DNA of 64,000 bases. Source: Candidatus Margulisiibacteriota bacterium. GTDB lineage: Bacteria > Margulisbacteria > WOR-1 > O2-12-FULL-45-9 > XYB2-FULL-48-7. How positions within the stretch are numbered: position 1 is the first letter of the stretch; each line of letters begins with the position of its first letter. Below the pieces are notes generated by a model. The model was given only the letters and a program-made list of their open reading frames with translations. It was not told where the DNA came from and did no database searches. Of this stretch, positions 38,395 to 48,239 are shown piece after piece. The stretch spans positions 551,078-615,077 of the forward strand of contig JBAZKJ010000001.1 of the NCBI GenBank assembly GCA_041650855.1, in the 5' to 3' direction. The position numbers and the translations under genes were made by a program.

Positions 38395-39497
38395 AAATAA
38401 TGGTCAGCGCCGGGGAGGTCTCCGGCGATGTCCACGGCTCGTACCTGGTCAAGGAGCTGAAAAAGCTTCGCCCTGACCTGGCGTTTTTCGGTCTCGGCTC
38501 CGAACGGCTGGCCGAAGCCGGTGTTGATATTAGATTTGACATCATCAAGCGCGGTTCGATCGGGATCCTGGAAGCCCTGCCCAATGTTTTCCCGCTATTT
38601 TCTATTTTCCGCAAGGTCAAGAAGCTCGTTTTAGCGGAAAAGCCTGATCTTGTCATCCTGATCGACTCGCAGGGGATCAACCTGCCGCTCGCCAAGTTCT
38701 GCAAAGCGGTCGGCATCAAGACTGTTTACTACATCGCGCCGCAGGAGTGGCTCTGGGGAACGCCGCGCGGCGTTAAACATGTCGCGCAGATCGTCGACCT
38801 GATCGTCGCTATTTTTCCGCGCGAATACGAAGCATATAAGGCCGCCGGCGCCAATGTCATCTACGAGGGGCACCCTTTGATCGACATTGTCCAAGCCCCC
38901 CAGCCCCTTAGTCCCCGATCCCCTAGTCCCCGTATTTCCCTCTGTCCAGGAAGCCGGATGCAGGAGATCGGGGGGCTGTTGCCGATCCTGTTAAAAGCCG
39001 GTGAATTGATAAAAAAGGAGCTCCCTGACGCCGAGTTTCTCATCCCGGTCTCGTCGCGCAATCTCTTTCAGGAGATATTCGCCCTGGTCGGCGACTTCCG
39101 GCCGATGGCGGTCTTCGGCAAAACGTATGAGACCCTCGCTTCGTCCAATCTAGCGATCTGCACTTCCGGAACGATCAATTTCGAAGCCTCCCTGCTCGGT
39201 GTTCCCAACATTATGACCTATAAATTATCCCGGCTGACTTACTGGGCCGGCAAATATATCCTGAAGATCGACCGGAAGATCAAATATTTCTGCATGCCGA
39301 ACATTCTGATGGATAATTTAGTCATCCCTGAATTGGTGATGGAAAACGCGACCGCGGAAAAGATCGCTCAAGAAGCTTTGGCTATTTTGCGCGACACTCA
39401 GCGGCAGGAGAAAATGAAAAAGGAGTTCGTTAAACTAAAAGGGGAACTCGGCCGGCCGGGAATGATCGGCCGGATCGCTAAGTCTATCCTCGCCTAA
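38391..39497 (+). CDS. lpxB: lipid-A-disaccharide synthase
   Basis: [14 protein letters not shown]-terminus is typical of LpxB. ATGA overlap with the previous gene. The ORF-track N-extension to 37881 is a frame artifact. Confidence 0.9.
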   Translation: MKIMVSAGEVSGDVHGSYLVKELKKLRPDLAFFGLGSERLAEAGVDIRFDIIKRGSIGILEALPNVFPLFSIFRKVKKLVLAEKPDLVILIDSQGINLPLAKFCKAVGIKTVYYIAPQEWLWGTPRGVKHVAQIVDLIVAIFPREYEAYKAAGANVIYEGHPLIDIVQAPQPLSPRSPSPRISLCPGSRMQEIGGLLPILLKAGELIKKELPDAEFLIPVSSRNLFQEIFALVGDFRPMAVFGKTYETLASSNLAICTSGTINFEASLLGVPNIMTYKLSRLTYWAGKYILKIDRKIKYFCMPNILMDNLVIPELVMENATAEKIAQEALAILRDTQRQEKMKKEFVKLKGELGRPGMIGRIAKSILA

Positions 39498-42400
39498 GCC
39501 CCGATCACCGAGCAACCGCAGCCGCCGCCCCCGCCCCTGATCTCGTCGTCCCCGCCCGGCGTATCGGTATCATCGCTCGTATCGGTGTCATCGATCGTAT
39601 CCGTATCATCGATCGTGTCGGTATCGTCATAGGTGTCGGTCTCTTCGTCCGTATCGGAATCGGTGTCAATGATCCCCGGTGTAGCGGTCGCGGTGGACGA
39701 CCAGGGGCCTAAGTTGACCGGGTCGGCGTTATCGTACGCCAGGACCCGGAACTCGTATTCGTCGTGGTTGGCCAGGCCGGTGACGGTAGCGCTGGCAACA
39801 TTGCCGGCATCCGTTTCGATCCAGGCGCCGGCGGCGGCAACGTTGCGGTAAGCAACGATATACCCGGCCAGGTCGGTCAGCGGCGAACCGTCGATATTCG
39901 TTCCCGGCGGGAGCCAGCTGACGGTCGACTGGGATTCTTCTTCGCTCGTCGCCGCCACTCCGGTCGGCGCCGCCGGGGAGAGCGCATCAACGATGTCAAC
40001 CGTATATACTTCGGTCGTCATGGCATTGCTGGCAACGTCGACCGCTTCCAGGTAATATTCCAGCGCCGGCTGGACGACCGCAGGCGCGGCAATATTAGCG
40101 CTATAGCTCGATCCGGTCCCGGACATAGGCAAGCTTTGCCAGGCGGTCTCGCCGGCCGTCCGGAAATGGAGATAAACGGTATCGACCGCGGCGTTATCGG
40201 TCACTGTCGCTTCTATCGTCAGTTGTTGATATGCCTCGGCGGTGGCCGGCGGCAGGTGGTCGATCAGCGGCGCGATCGGGTCGGTAACGGTGACGGAAAG
40301 GACGTCTTGCGGGGCGCAATTCGGCTCGAGCCGGGGGTTGAGGTAACGGTCGTGGGCGACATAGTAATAATTGATCTCCTGGTTATACTGGGCGACGGCC
40401 AACGGGATATCCGCCGTCCACTCTTCGCCGGAGATATTGGCCATTTCGACATAGCTATAAGCCGACTCGGCCGCTGGCTTGTAATAGACCCTTCCCCGCA
40501 CTACCCCGGCCGGATCGCTGAACGTCGCGCCGACCGTGATCGGATAGCCGGCGATCGCGGTTGTCGATTCCGGCGCGATCGTTGGCGGGATGATGTCGCT
40601 GTTATAATTGTAAGTGCGGCGGGAATCGTGAGTAAAAAGCGGCCACGGGTTTGCTTCCGGCTCCCATTCGGCGTCGAGTTCCCACCAGTAAACGGTGGAG
40701 CCGACAGACATTCCTTCAAACCATTCCGTGACGGCGATCAAGTCGGTCCGGCAATCGCCGTCGAAGTTGCCGAGCATCATCCGGTTATGTTCTTCGAGTG
40801 AAGTGCTGATCGTCTTGGGGAAGCCGGGGAGAGAAACTCCGCCGCCGTTCCAGGCGTTGATCTGGTTCGAAGACATCGCCAGGATATCTGCCGTCCCGTC
40901 GCCGTCAACATCGCCCAGTAAAAGCTTTCCGCCGGCCGCCTTTGGCCAGCCAGGGAGAGGCGTTCCAGCCATATTATAAAGATAGGTGTTGTCGGCATTG
41001 CTGGCGGCGATTTCCAGGGCGCCATCGCCGTTGACGTCGCCGATAGCGATATTCGTTGTCTCGTGGTTCTGCGGCCATCCCGTTAGCGGGCTAAACTGGC
41101 CGTTATACCCTCTAAAGTTCGTCACCGTCCCAACAAAGTACTCATCGCTTCCGTTGCCATCCAGGTCGGCCACGGCATAAGCCCTGACCGCTTCCCCCGA
41201 CGCTAAAATATAGGGGCTGCTGGAGGAGTACGCCCCGCTACCATCAACAATGTTCAGGTAGTTATCCGCTTCCGAATTCATGCTGTAATCGAAGACGATC
41301 TCTTGTTCCCCGTTGCCGTCAAAATCGCCAATGGCGCACTGGTTAACAGGGCCGGGCGCCAACGGCCAACCGGTCAGATTAAGCCCCCCGCTGTCCAAGA
41401 AATATACCCGCCCCGCCGTCCCGGTGCTTGTCCCTGCGATTATATCGATATAATCCGGGCTATTAAGCTTACTTAAGGCCAGGCAATCATAAAAGTTTTC
41501 CCACACATTTACCGGGCTTTTTGGCCATCCGGCGCCGATTATCCCGTCGGCGCCCCAAAGATATATTTTATTCCCTGCCGGATCGGCCGACCATTGGCTG
41601 CTGATCACGTCGTTGAACAGATCGTTGTTTATGTCGCCAATGGCGATCGATTTACTGCCCGATAGAGTAGTGGCCGGCCAGGAAGCGAGCGTCGAATAAT
41701 CGCCGGCCTGGATGCTGACTTTCCCGTCGTAGCCGATCGCGATCTCCATGAATCCATCCGCGTTCATGTCCGCACGGGTCAGGTCGTAAACAACTTCTGT
41801 CTGCGTCAATGGGTACCCGCTCTTGGCCATGCTATCAACTACAAAATATGTAGTGGAGAGAGAATTGTTGCCGCTACTGTCGTAGGTCGTCAGGCGGATC
41901 GCATAGGTCCCATTATCCGGGAAGTTGATCGTCGCCAGATCGCCGTTCGCGACGGGAGTCGTCCCTCCAGCCGTCAACGTTACTCCCGTTACCGACCAAA
42001 TAGTCGGACTGGTCCCCTCGCCCCATTCCACGATATAGTAGGCAAAATCGACGCATTCCGCCCGGCCGGTGACCATTATATCGCCCGGCTCATAAGTAGC
42101 CGCGGGAATAGGCGAGAAAATGCGTGACTCGGGGTAGTTGGTCGTGTCCATCTCCGTCAGGGCGCGCGCAACGTTGATCCGCCCCCAGCCGCTGAAATAA
42201 TCCCACCCCGGCTGGTTTAGATCGTCCGCCGAACGACGGATAATGGTCTTGACCTGGGCGGGGGTCAGCACCGGGTTTTGCGCCAGGATCAGCGATGCCA
42301 GGCCGGCAACGAGCGGAGACGCGACCGAAGTCCCGTCGACCGAGATTGCGCCGCCGCCCAAATGAGTCGTATAAATATCCTGCGCGGGAGCATAAATGTC

Positions 42401-43423
42401 GACAAAGGGGCCGTTGTTATATAGGGAGCCGCCTCCCGGATCGAGCCCGCCGACCGAGATGACCCCGTTTAACGCCGCCGGATAGAACGGTTGGCTGGTC
42501 CCGTCGTTCCCGGCGCCGCCCACTATCACGCAGCCAAGCGCGATCGCATAATCGATCGTATCCTGGATGTACTCGGTGAAAAAGTACGCCCCCCAACTGC
42601 AGTTGATCACGCACGGGCCGCCAATGTTATCGGCCGCGTAGACGATGGCGTCGTAGCCGTCATTCGTCTTGATCGCCATTATCCTGGCGTACCAATCCAG
42701 CCCCGCCACCGCTTCTCCGTTGTTCCCCGTCGCCGCCGCCGCTCCGGCCACTTCCGTCCCGTGGCCGGCTGAGCCGATAATGCCCCCGCCTTCGTCATAG
42801 ATATTATTATCGCTGGAGCAAAAGTTCCAGCCGTTGATATCATCAATATAACCGTTGCCGTCGTCATCGATCCCGTTGTCCGCCGTTTCGCCGCTGTTGA
42901 CCCATAGCCGCCCCGCCAAGTCCGGATGGCTGTAATCGATACCGCTGTCGACGATCGCGATCGTGACAGACGAGGAGCCGGTCGAAATATCCCAGCCCGC
43001 CGGCGCGGAGATCTGGGGGAGGTGCCATTGGGAACCGTAATTGGTATCGTCGGGAGTGGTCGTTTTGGCGGGGATGCTGACCGGTTCCGCGTATATCACC
43101 CGCGGGTCGCGTCTCAGTTTTTCCAGCGCCTTGAGAAGATCGGCGCCCGGCGACAATTTCCAGCGGTAAATGTTGGTCAGATCGGGCAGTTTTTGTCCGG
43201 CCGCCCTTTGCAAGGCCGCCTTTTTGGGCCGGGGCTTGAATGCCCGGCGGTAACCTGCGCCGTTGTAGTCATGAGTTAGCCTGTCGGGATCGACTCCCGG
43301 CTTGAGCTTGATAATGACTTCGTCCGGCACATATTGCAGGGGCAGCAGGGCGACAGGCCAAGCCTGACCGCCCGTAACGCCTCCGGCGCCCTTAATGGCG
43401 CTGGTCGCTGCGGGATCTGACAT
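39494..43423 (-). CDS. 1309-aa subtilisin-like protease (S8) with FG-GAP/VCBS-like repeats, Fn3-like domains and acidic DT-repeat C-terminus; no N-terminal signal peptide
   Basis: S8 motifs (DSGIDYSHPDL, HGTEVAG, GTSVASP). Many 'G.DG.NDL' FG-GAP-like repeats. C-terminus is TDSDTDEETDTYDDTDTIDDTDT ... [13 protein letters not shown]. Confidence 0.85.
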   Translation of the reverse strand: MSDPAATSAIKGAGGVTGGQAWPVALLPLQYVPDEVIIKLKPGVDPDRLTHDYNGAGYRRAFKPRPKKAALQRAAGQKLPDLTNIYRWKLSPGADLLKALEKLRRDPRVIYAEPVSIPAKTTTPDDTNYGSQWHLPQISAPAGWDISTGSSSVTIAIVDSGIDYSHPDLAGRLWVNSGETADNGIDDDGNGYIDDINGWNFCSSDNNIYDEGGGIIGSAGHGTEVAGAAAATGNNGEAVAGLDWYARIMAIKTNDGYDAIVYAADNIGGPCVINCSWGAYFFTEYIQDTIDYAIALGCVIVGGAGNDGTSQPFYPAALNGVISVGGLDPGGGSLYNNGPFVDIYAPAQDIYTTHLGGGAISVDGTSVASPLVAGLASLILAQNPVLTPAQVKTIIRRSADDLNQPGWDYFSGWGRINVARALTEMDTTNYPESRIFSPIPAATYEPGDIMVTGRAECVDFAYYIVEWGEGTSPTIWSVTGVTLTAGGTTPVANGDLATINFPDNGTYAIRLTTYDSSGNNSLSTTYFVVDSMAKSGYPLTQTEVVYDLTRADMNADGFMEIAIGYDGKVSIQAGDYSTLASWPATTLSGSKSIAIGDINNDLFNDVISSQWSADPAGNKIYLWGADGIIGAGWPKSPVNVWENFYDCLALSKLNSPDYIDIIAGTSTGTAGRVYFLDSGGLNLTGWPLAPGPVNQCAIGDFDGNGEQEIVFDYSMNSEADNYLNIVDGSGAYSSSSPYILASGEAVRAYAVADLDGNGSDEYFVGTVTNFRGYNGQFSPLTGWPQNHETTNIAIGDVNGDGALEIAASNADNTYLYNMAGTPLPGWPKAAGGKLLLGDVDGDGTADILAMSSNQINAWNGGGVSLPGFPKTISTSLEEHNRMMLGNFDGDCRTDLIAVTEWFEGMSVGSTVYWWELDAEWEPEANPWPLFTHDSRRTYNYNSDIIPPTIAPESTTAIAGYPITVGATFSDPAGVVRGRVYYKPAAESAYSYVEMANISGEEWTADIPLAVAQYNQEINYYYVAHDRYLNPRLEPNCAPQDVLSVTVTDPIAPLIDHLPPATAEAYQQLTIEATVTDNAAVDTVYLHFRTAGETAWQSLPMSGTGSSYSANIAAPAVVQPALEYYLEAVDVASNAMTTEVYTVDIVDALSPAAPTGVAATSEEESQSTVSWLPPGTNIDGSPLTDLAGYIVAYRNVAAAGAWIETDAGNVASATVTGLANHDEYEFRVLAYDNADPVNLGPWSSTATATPGIIDTDSDTDEETDTYDDTDTIDDTDTIDDTDTSDDTDTPGGDDEIRGGGGGCGCSVIGA

Positions 43424-43469
43424 TCCGGAAGATTATCGGTCTGCAATTTTGGGGATTTCAGGGACTTTT

Positions 43470-43494
43470 CCCTCTCCATCGGCGATGGAGAGGG
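43470..43494. other. perfect 11-bp inverted repeat (stem-loop) CCCTCTCCATC-GGC-GATGGAGAGGG in the only sizeable gap of the surface operon
   Basis: Not followed by a U-run on either strand. Lies between the CTD-protein gene and the giant S8 gene. Confidence 0.6.
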
Positions 43495-43518
43495 GTGTGC
43501 TACCGCGGGTGAGGTGCT

Positions 43519-44706
43519 TTAGTCAACCAGCGTCATCTTCACCTTGCCAAGCAGGCGATTGTCGTCCTTGGCCAGGATGGTGCCGACGTAGATGGCGTTG
43601 CCGGCCAGGTATCCCTGGTCGCTCCGGCCATCCCATTCAACCTTGTTGACGCCGGCCGAGCCGCCTTCGCTGCCGGCCAGGCAGTTCCAGCGCTTGATCC
43701 GCATGCCGCCGACGCCGATCAGGTAAATGTCGATATTGGCGTCGGTCGACAGGGTGTACTGGATGTAGACCTTCTTCTGCTTGGAGATGCTGAACGGCGA
43801 CGGATAGGTGATCGGCGTGCCGATCAGGCGGACCGGACCGCCCATCACTTCGACCGAGGCGATCTCGGTAGCGGTCGTCGCGGCGGCGATCAGGCCGCTG
43901 GAAGTGGCTTTGACCTTGAACGAATGCTCGCCTTCGCTGAGCGCTTCTTCAAAGGTGTATTTAACGGTCATGCTGCTAACTTTCCCTTCGTCGGCTCCCG
44001 TTCCCGCCGCGTAAACCGTGGAAGCGACGTTGGCGGCGGTCAGGGAGAGCGTCCTCGCGGTCGCCGTTCCCTCGTCGACAACGATCGAGTGCGATTCGAT
44101 GTTCCGGGCCAGGGTGAACGGGCTGTCCATCCCCATTTCCACCTTGATGTCCGGGGTGCTGGAAATAACGAACTTCTCTCCCTTGGCGACCAGCACTTTT
44201 TGGTAGAGGCGGTTGCCGAACCAGATCTTGATCCGCGGGGCCGGCTCGCCGCCGACTTCGGTCGTGACGACTATGGCCAGGCCCTTCCCTTTGGCCAGGA
44301 TCAGCGTCCCCGAGGCGAGGTCGAGCCCCGCGCCGGTGATCTTGACGCTGACCGGGTCTGATCCGTAGCCGTTGGCCGGGTCGCTCGGGTTGTCGTTGGG
44401 AATGGAAACATAGTATGTTTCGCCGACCGTCAGCGAGCTGAATTTAAGCCCGTAGGTATTTAACATATACTGCCCGGTGGCCTTGGCGACCCCGGCCAGC
44501 CCGATCTTATCGAAAGAGTATTTCCCGGCCATCGCTTCATCGGCTGTTTTGTAAAAAATGACGTAGCGCCCTTCCACCGTCTTGCCGTCTTCGGAATCCT
44601 GCGCTCCGCCCTTTACCCAATATTGCGGATAGAACGGCAGGGTGTACGCGACTACCGCCGCCGCCGCTATCAACGCTATTAACAGTCCGATGTAAGCTCT
44701 TTTCAT
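43519..44706 (-). CDS. secreted surface-operon protein: N-terminal CarboxypepD_reg-like (YWVKG) module, Ig-like middle, T9SS-type/FlgD-Ig-like C-terminal domain
   Basis: Signal peptide. PFYPQYWVKG ... VIFYK module shared with the genes at 46771 and 49493. C-terminal YPSPFS ... VEWDGRSDQGYLAGNAIYV ... KMTLVD. SD GGGAAGGAA. Confidence 0.8.
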   Translation of the reverse strand: MKRAYIGLLIALIAAAAVVAYTLPFYPQYWVKGGAQDSEDGKTVEGRYVIFYKTADEAMAGKYSFDKIGLAGVAKATGQYMLNTYGLKFSSLTVGETYYVSIPNDNPSDPANGYGSDPVSVKITGAGLDLASGTLILAKGKGLAIVVTTEVGGEPAPRIKIWFGNRLYQKVLVAKGEKFVISSTPDIKVEMGMDSPFTLARNIESHSIVVDEGTATARTLSLTAANVASTVYAAGTGADEGKVSSMTVKYTFEEALSEGEHSFKVKATSSGLIAAATTATEIASVEVMGGPVRLIGTPITYPSPFSISKQKKVYIQYTLSTDANIDIYLIGVGGMRIKRWNCLAGSEGGSAGVNKVEWDGRSDQGYLAGNAIYVGTILAKDDNRLLGKVKMTLVD

Positions 44707-44716
44707 TATTCCTTCC

Positions 44717-46750
44717 CTAAGGGAGAGTTAAGGTAAAGTCCTCGTTCACGAACACCTGGTATCCTTCGCCCGCGGTGACCAAGAAGTCGGTCCCCTCGCC
44801 GGCCGGGGTCCAGCCGAGCGCCGTGCCGGTGGTCCTGTCCCATTTACCGACGACAATAACGACGCTCTTCCCCGCCTTGGCGTTGATCACGTTGATCAGC
44901 TGGCTCGCGTTGGTGACGGTCGCGCCGGTCGCTTCCTTCAAGCCGCTCGGAATGGTGATCGAGTTGACGATCAGTTTATCCGTGGCCGAGGCCTTGAGCG
45001 GGAAGGTCATACTGCCGCTGCCGCCGGGCACTACGCGGCCGCCGGACAGCACGCCGCCGGAGAACTGGTGCCCGGCAATGGAGGCGGCGCTGGTCGGATC
45101 GAGCGCCGTGCCGGCATTGTAGGCGAACGCCTTAAAGTAGTAGATCGTCCCCCCGGTCGTGTCGAGCGTCTCGCCGGCGAAGTTCGCCAGCGGCGCTTCG
45201 GTCAGCAATCCCGCCTCGGCCGGCGTCGGCCCCGGCTGGTTCAATACCATCTTGGCGATCGCCGGGTTATCCAGGTGCGAGGTTGTCGTCAGGTCCGCCC
45301 AAGCCCCCAGGCTGGTGGTGCCGATGATCAGCGCGCCGCCAAAGAACGCTTCGGGCGGGTTATTCCAGCGGAAAGCTAGCCCGCTGGACGAGGCAAGTGA
45401 AAGGAAGTTCTTCAGCGCGGTCGGGGCCACGCCCGGCGCGGCCGACTTTTGCGTCGCTGCCGACCAGTTGTTCCCCTGCTCTCTCGGCGGGCCGGCAACC
45501 GCCCGGTCGTAAGCATACAGGGCATAATAATAAACCTTGCCGTTCGTCAGGCCGTTGTCGACGTAGCTGGTCCCGGTCCCTTTATAAATAACGACCGCGT
45601 TCGCGTCGCCGGGCGGGTTCGCGCCGACCGCCGGGGCCGGTGTTCCGTCGCTATTGCCGCTGGCGTTGCTGAAAGTCGGCGCCGGCATGCCGGTTTCTTT
45701 TCTCAGCAAGATAACGCCGCCCAGATCGGGGGCGCCCGGGTTCGTCCAGGAGATCGTCAGCTTCTTGTCGGCGGCGGCGATCGCCATGCCGGTCGGCGCG
45801 CCCGGCGCGGTGTAGTCGTGCGGCGTCGCCGATAACTGGGTAGTATTCGCTTCTTCGTTCCGGGTCGGCAAACAATCGTCCAGGCCGTGCGCGGTAAAAT
45901 AATAGGTCGTACAATCGCTCAGCTGTTCCATGGCCGTCCCCGGGATCCCGGTATCCGGACCGTTGGTGTAGGCGGAGGCGTTGATCGCCGAACCGTTAAC
46001 CTTGCTCCCCAGCGTGCCCGAGGCTTCGCTCCGGTATAAGTTGTAGCGGAGTTTGGTGCCGGAAGCGTAGATCGTTTCGGCGTTCTCTTTCTTGTCGTTG
46101 GCCGCCGCTTCGTTCGCCGCCCAACCGAGGGAGACCGTGTTTCCCTTGGTCGTGTCGGCCGCGGTGTTGAGCCCAACAAAGTTCGGCACCTTGGACGCCT
46201 CTAAGTGGATGGTGGTATCGGTCGCGTCGACCGGGTCGACGATGCTGCCGGTAACCGCGGTCCCCGACTGCACGACTGAGACGTTGTTCACCCGGTCGGT
46301 CATGGTGAAGCGGATATAGTAGGTCTCGCTGCCGACCGTCGCCCCCTGGTTAACGTGGAAGCTGATCGTTGCCAGCGTTTTGCTGGCGCCGGCCGCGACC
46401 GCCAGCGGCACCTTGCCGGAGGCCGGATCGGTCTTCAGCTGATAGCGGATCGAGCCCGGCGTGGCGACATTGTTTTCGGAGACGACAAAGTTCGCCGAGT
46501 TCGCCTGGGTGACCGCGATGGACGCTTGCTCCAGAATGTTGCTTTCGTAATCGATGTAGAGCTTGGCGGCGTCGACATTGACAGCCGCGCCGGTGTTGTT
46601 GGTGTAAATGACGTTGACTGTGCCGGTGGCGCCGACCTCAACATAGCGGTATTCGGCCCGGCCGACGTACGGCGCGGAGAACTCGAGCTTGGCGGCGGCG
46701 GCTGTCGCGAGCACCCCTCCTATTAGCAAAAATATTAAGGCTTTTTTCAT
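44717..46750 (-). CDS. secreted surface-operon protein: cohesin-like N-domain, Fn3 domain, shared C-terminal module
   Basis: 677 aa with signal peptide. Residues 20-170 follow the cohesin pattern (LYIDYES ... SIRYQL ... TISFHV). Fn3 in the middle (LTISWTNP ... YYYALYAYD). C-terminal LINVINAKAG ... VGKWD ... GEGYQVFV. Confidence 0.8.
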   Translation of the reverse strand: MKKALIFLLIGGVLATAAAAKLEFSAPYVGRAEYRYVEVGATGTVNVIYTNNTGAAVNVDAAKLYIDYESNILEQASIAVTQANSANFVVSENNVATPGSIRYQLKTDPASGKVPLAVAAGASKTLATISFHVNQGATVGSETYYIRFTMTDRVNNVSVVQSGTAVTGSIVDPVDATDTTIHLEASKVPNFVGLNTAADTTKGNTVSLGWAANEAAANDKKENAETIYASGTKLRYNLYRSEASGTLGSKVNGSAINASAYTNGPDTGIPGTAMEQLSDCTTYYFTAHGLDDCLPTRNEEANTTQLSATPHDYTAPGAPTGMAIAAADKKLTISWTNPGAPDLGGVILLRKETGMPAPTFSNASGNSDGTPAPAVGANPPGDANAVVIYKGTGTSYVDNGLTNGKVYYYALYAYDRAVAGPPREQGNNWSAATQKSAAPGVAPTALKNFLSLASSSGLAFRWNNPPEAFFGGALIIGTTSLGAWADLTTTSHLDNPAIAKMVLNQPGPTPAEAGLLTEAPLANFAGETLDTTGGTIYYFKAFAYNAGTALDPTSAASIAGHQFSGGVLSGGRVVPGGSGSMTFPLKASATDKLIVNSITIPSGLKEATGATVTNASQLINVINAKAGKSVVIVVGKWDRTTGTALGWTPAGEGTDFLVTAGEGYQVFVNEDFTLTLP

Positions 46751-46770
46751 GTTCCTCTTGCTCCTCCTTT

Positions 46771-48225
46771 TTATGGCGTGACCGCCGGCACATAGCCGTG
46801 CGGGCCAGGATCGTTCAGTTCCAGGGCCAGGTTATTAAATGAACCGTACCACCAGCTCGTGTCGATGACGTCGACCAGGCCGTTCTGGTCCAGATCGGAC
46901 CGAATGAACGGATCGGCCGGGTCGTCCTCGCCGGTGGCGTTAAATCTGGTGAACAGGCGATACCAGTGCGAGGTATCGACCACGTCGATGTAATTGTTGC
47001 CGTCCATGTCGCCGGCCCGCAGCATCGTCCGGCCATTGGCCGTGACCAGCGCCGGCGGCTTGCCGGACGGCGCGTAGCAGGTTTCGTTATAAACTCTGGT
47101 CGCCGGGTCGTCGATCACCAGCGTATCGCCGGTCAATTCGAGGCGGGTCGTCGACGCCGCCGTATCCGCGCCGGTGTACAGCGTGATCTTCCGGCTGGTG
47201 ATCGCGGAAAGGTGCCCGATGCCGACCAGTGTCGGCGTTAACCACTGCTTGACCGCCAGGTAATAGTCGCCGTTGGGGAGCGGCGCGACGGCGCCGAACT
47301 CTGTCCCGTCCGGCTTCAGGAAGCCGTTCATCCCGGTCGTGTTGCCGCTCTGGTCGAGAATGACGTCGGCGTAACCGACGATCGTCGTCGCCGTATCGGG
47401 CGACACGCCGGACCGCGCTTCGATCCGGACATATTTCGGCGCCGCGTGGCTAAAGGTCGTCGCGTTGGCCAGCGCCTGGAAGAGAAGTGTCGGCTTGATC
47501 TGCGGCCCGTAAGCGATGATCTGGATCGCGTAAGTGACCGACAAGGTCAGGTTCGCTTCCACGAACTGGCCGGTGGCGTCGGTCACCCTGATCGTGATGT
47601 TATAGGTGCCGGCGGTCGACGGCGTTCCGCTGATCAAGCCGTTGGAAGTATTAAGCGTAATACCCGGCGGCAGGTCGCCCGAAGTAATCGACCAGGTCAG
47701 CGGGTCGGTCCCGCCTTCGGCGGAAACGATCGCGCTATACGGCTGGCCGACGGTCGCGTTCGGCAAGGCCGAGATCGTGATGTGGAGGCTGATCTCCGGA
47801 TCGGTCACCCCTTCGCCGGCCGCCAGCGCAAGCAAGTCGGCGGCCAGGTTCTTATAGCCGTTATTCAAGTCGGCCGTGCTGATAATGACATCTTTCTGGT
47901 TGACGCCGAATCCGCCCTTGTTGACCACCCCGATAAAGTAAGTCGTGGTCGACAAGGGAAGCATTCTCAGGTCGTCCATGGCGTTGATCTTGAACTGACC
48001 GTAAATATCGGTGGTCGCGTCGGCGTAAGCCGCGGCGGTATCGCCGGTCACTTTGTAGAATATGACCTTGAACCCGGAAAGGTCGGTTAAACCGCTGGCG
48101 CCGGCATTGACCACCCCGTTCACCCAGTAGGCGGCCGGGTACGGCGCCAGCTGCTGCGCGGCGAAAACGCTCCCCGCCAGCAGGGCCGCCGTGATCAATA
48201 TTGCCGTTAGTAACTTACGCGCCAT
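46771..48225 (-). CDS. secreted surface-operon protein: CarboxypepD_reg-like N-module, putative Ig domain, C-terminal type-I-like dockerin
   Basis: Signal peptide plus the PYPAAYWVNG ... KVIFYK module. PPGITLNTSNGLISGTPSTAGTYNITIRVTD Ig-like domain. C-terminal duplicated Ca-binding loops DMDGNNYIDVVD and DLDQNGLVDVID. Confidence 0.8.
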   Translation of the reverse strand: MARKLLTAILITAALLAGSVFAAQQLAPYPAAYWVNGVVNAGASGLTDLSGFKVIFYKVTGDTAAAYADATTDIYGQFKINAMDDLRMLPLSTTTYFIGVVNKGGFGVNQKDVIISTADLNNGYKNLAADLLALAAGEGVTDPEISLHITISALPNATVGQPYSAIVSAEGGTDPLTWSITSGDLPPGITLNTSNGLISGTPSTAGTYNITIRVTDATGQFVEANLTLSVTYAIQIIAYGPQIKPTLLFQALANATTFSHAAPKYVRIEARSGVSPDTATTIVGYADVILDQSGNTTGMNGFLKPDGTEFGAVAPLPNGDYYLAVKQWLTPTLVGIGHLSAITSRKITLYTGADTAASTTRLELTGDTLVIDDPATRVYNETCYAPSGKPPALVTANGRTMLRAGDMDGNNYIDVVDTSHWYRLFTRFNATGEDDPADPFIRSDLDQNGLVDVIDTSWWYGSFNNLALELNDPGPHGYVPAVTP

Positions 48226-48239
48226 GGTTCTCCTTCTGT

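Noticed and set aside
43276-43479. 67-aa ORF spanning the operon hairpin region
   Set aside because: No RBS. It overlaps the S8 start and the perfect inverted repeat, and has low-complexity composition.
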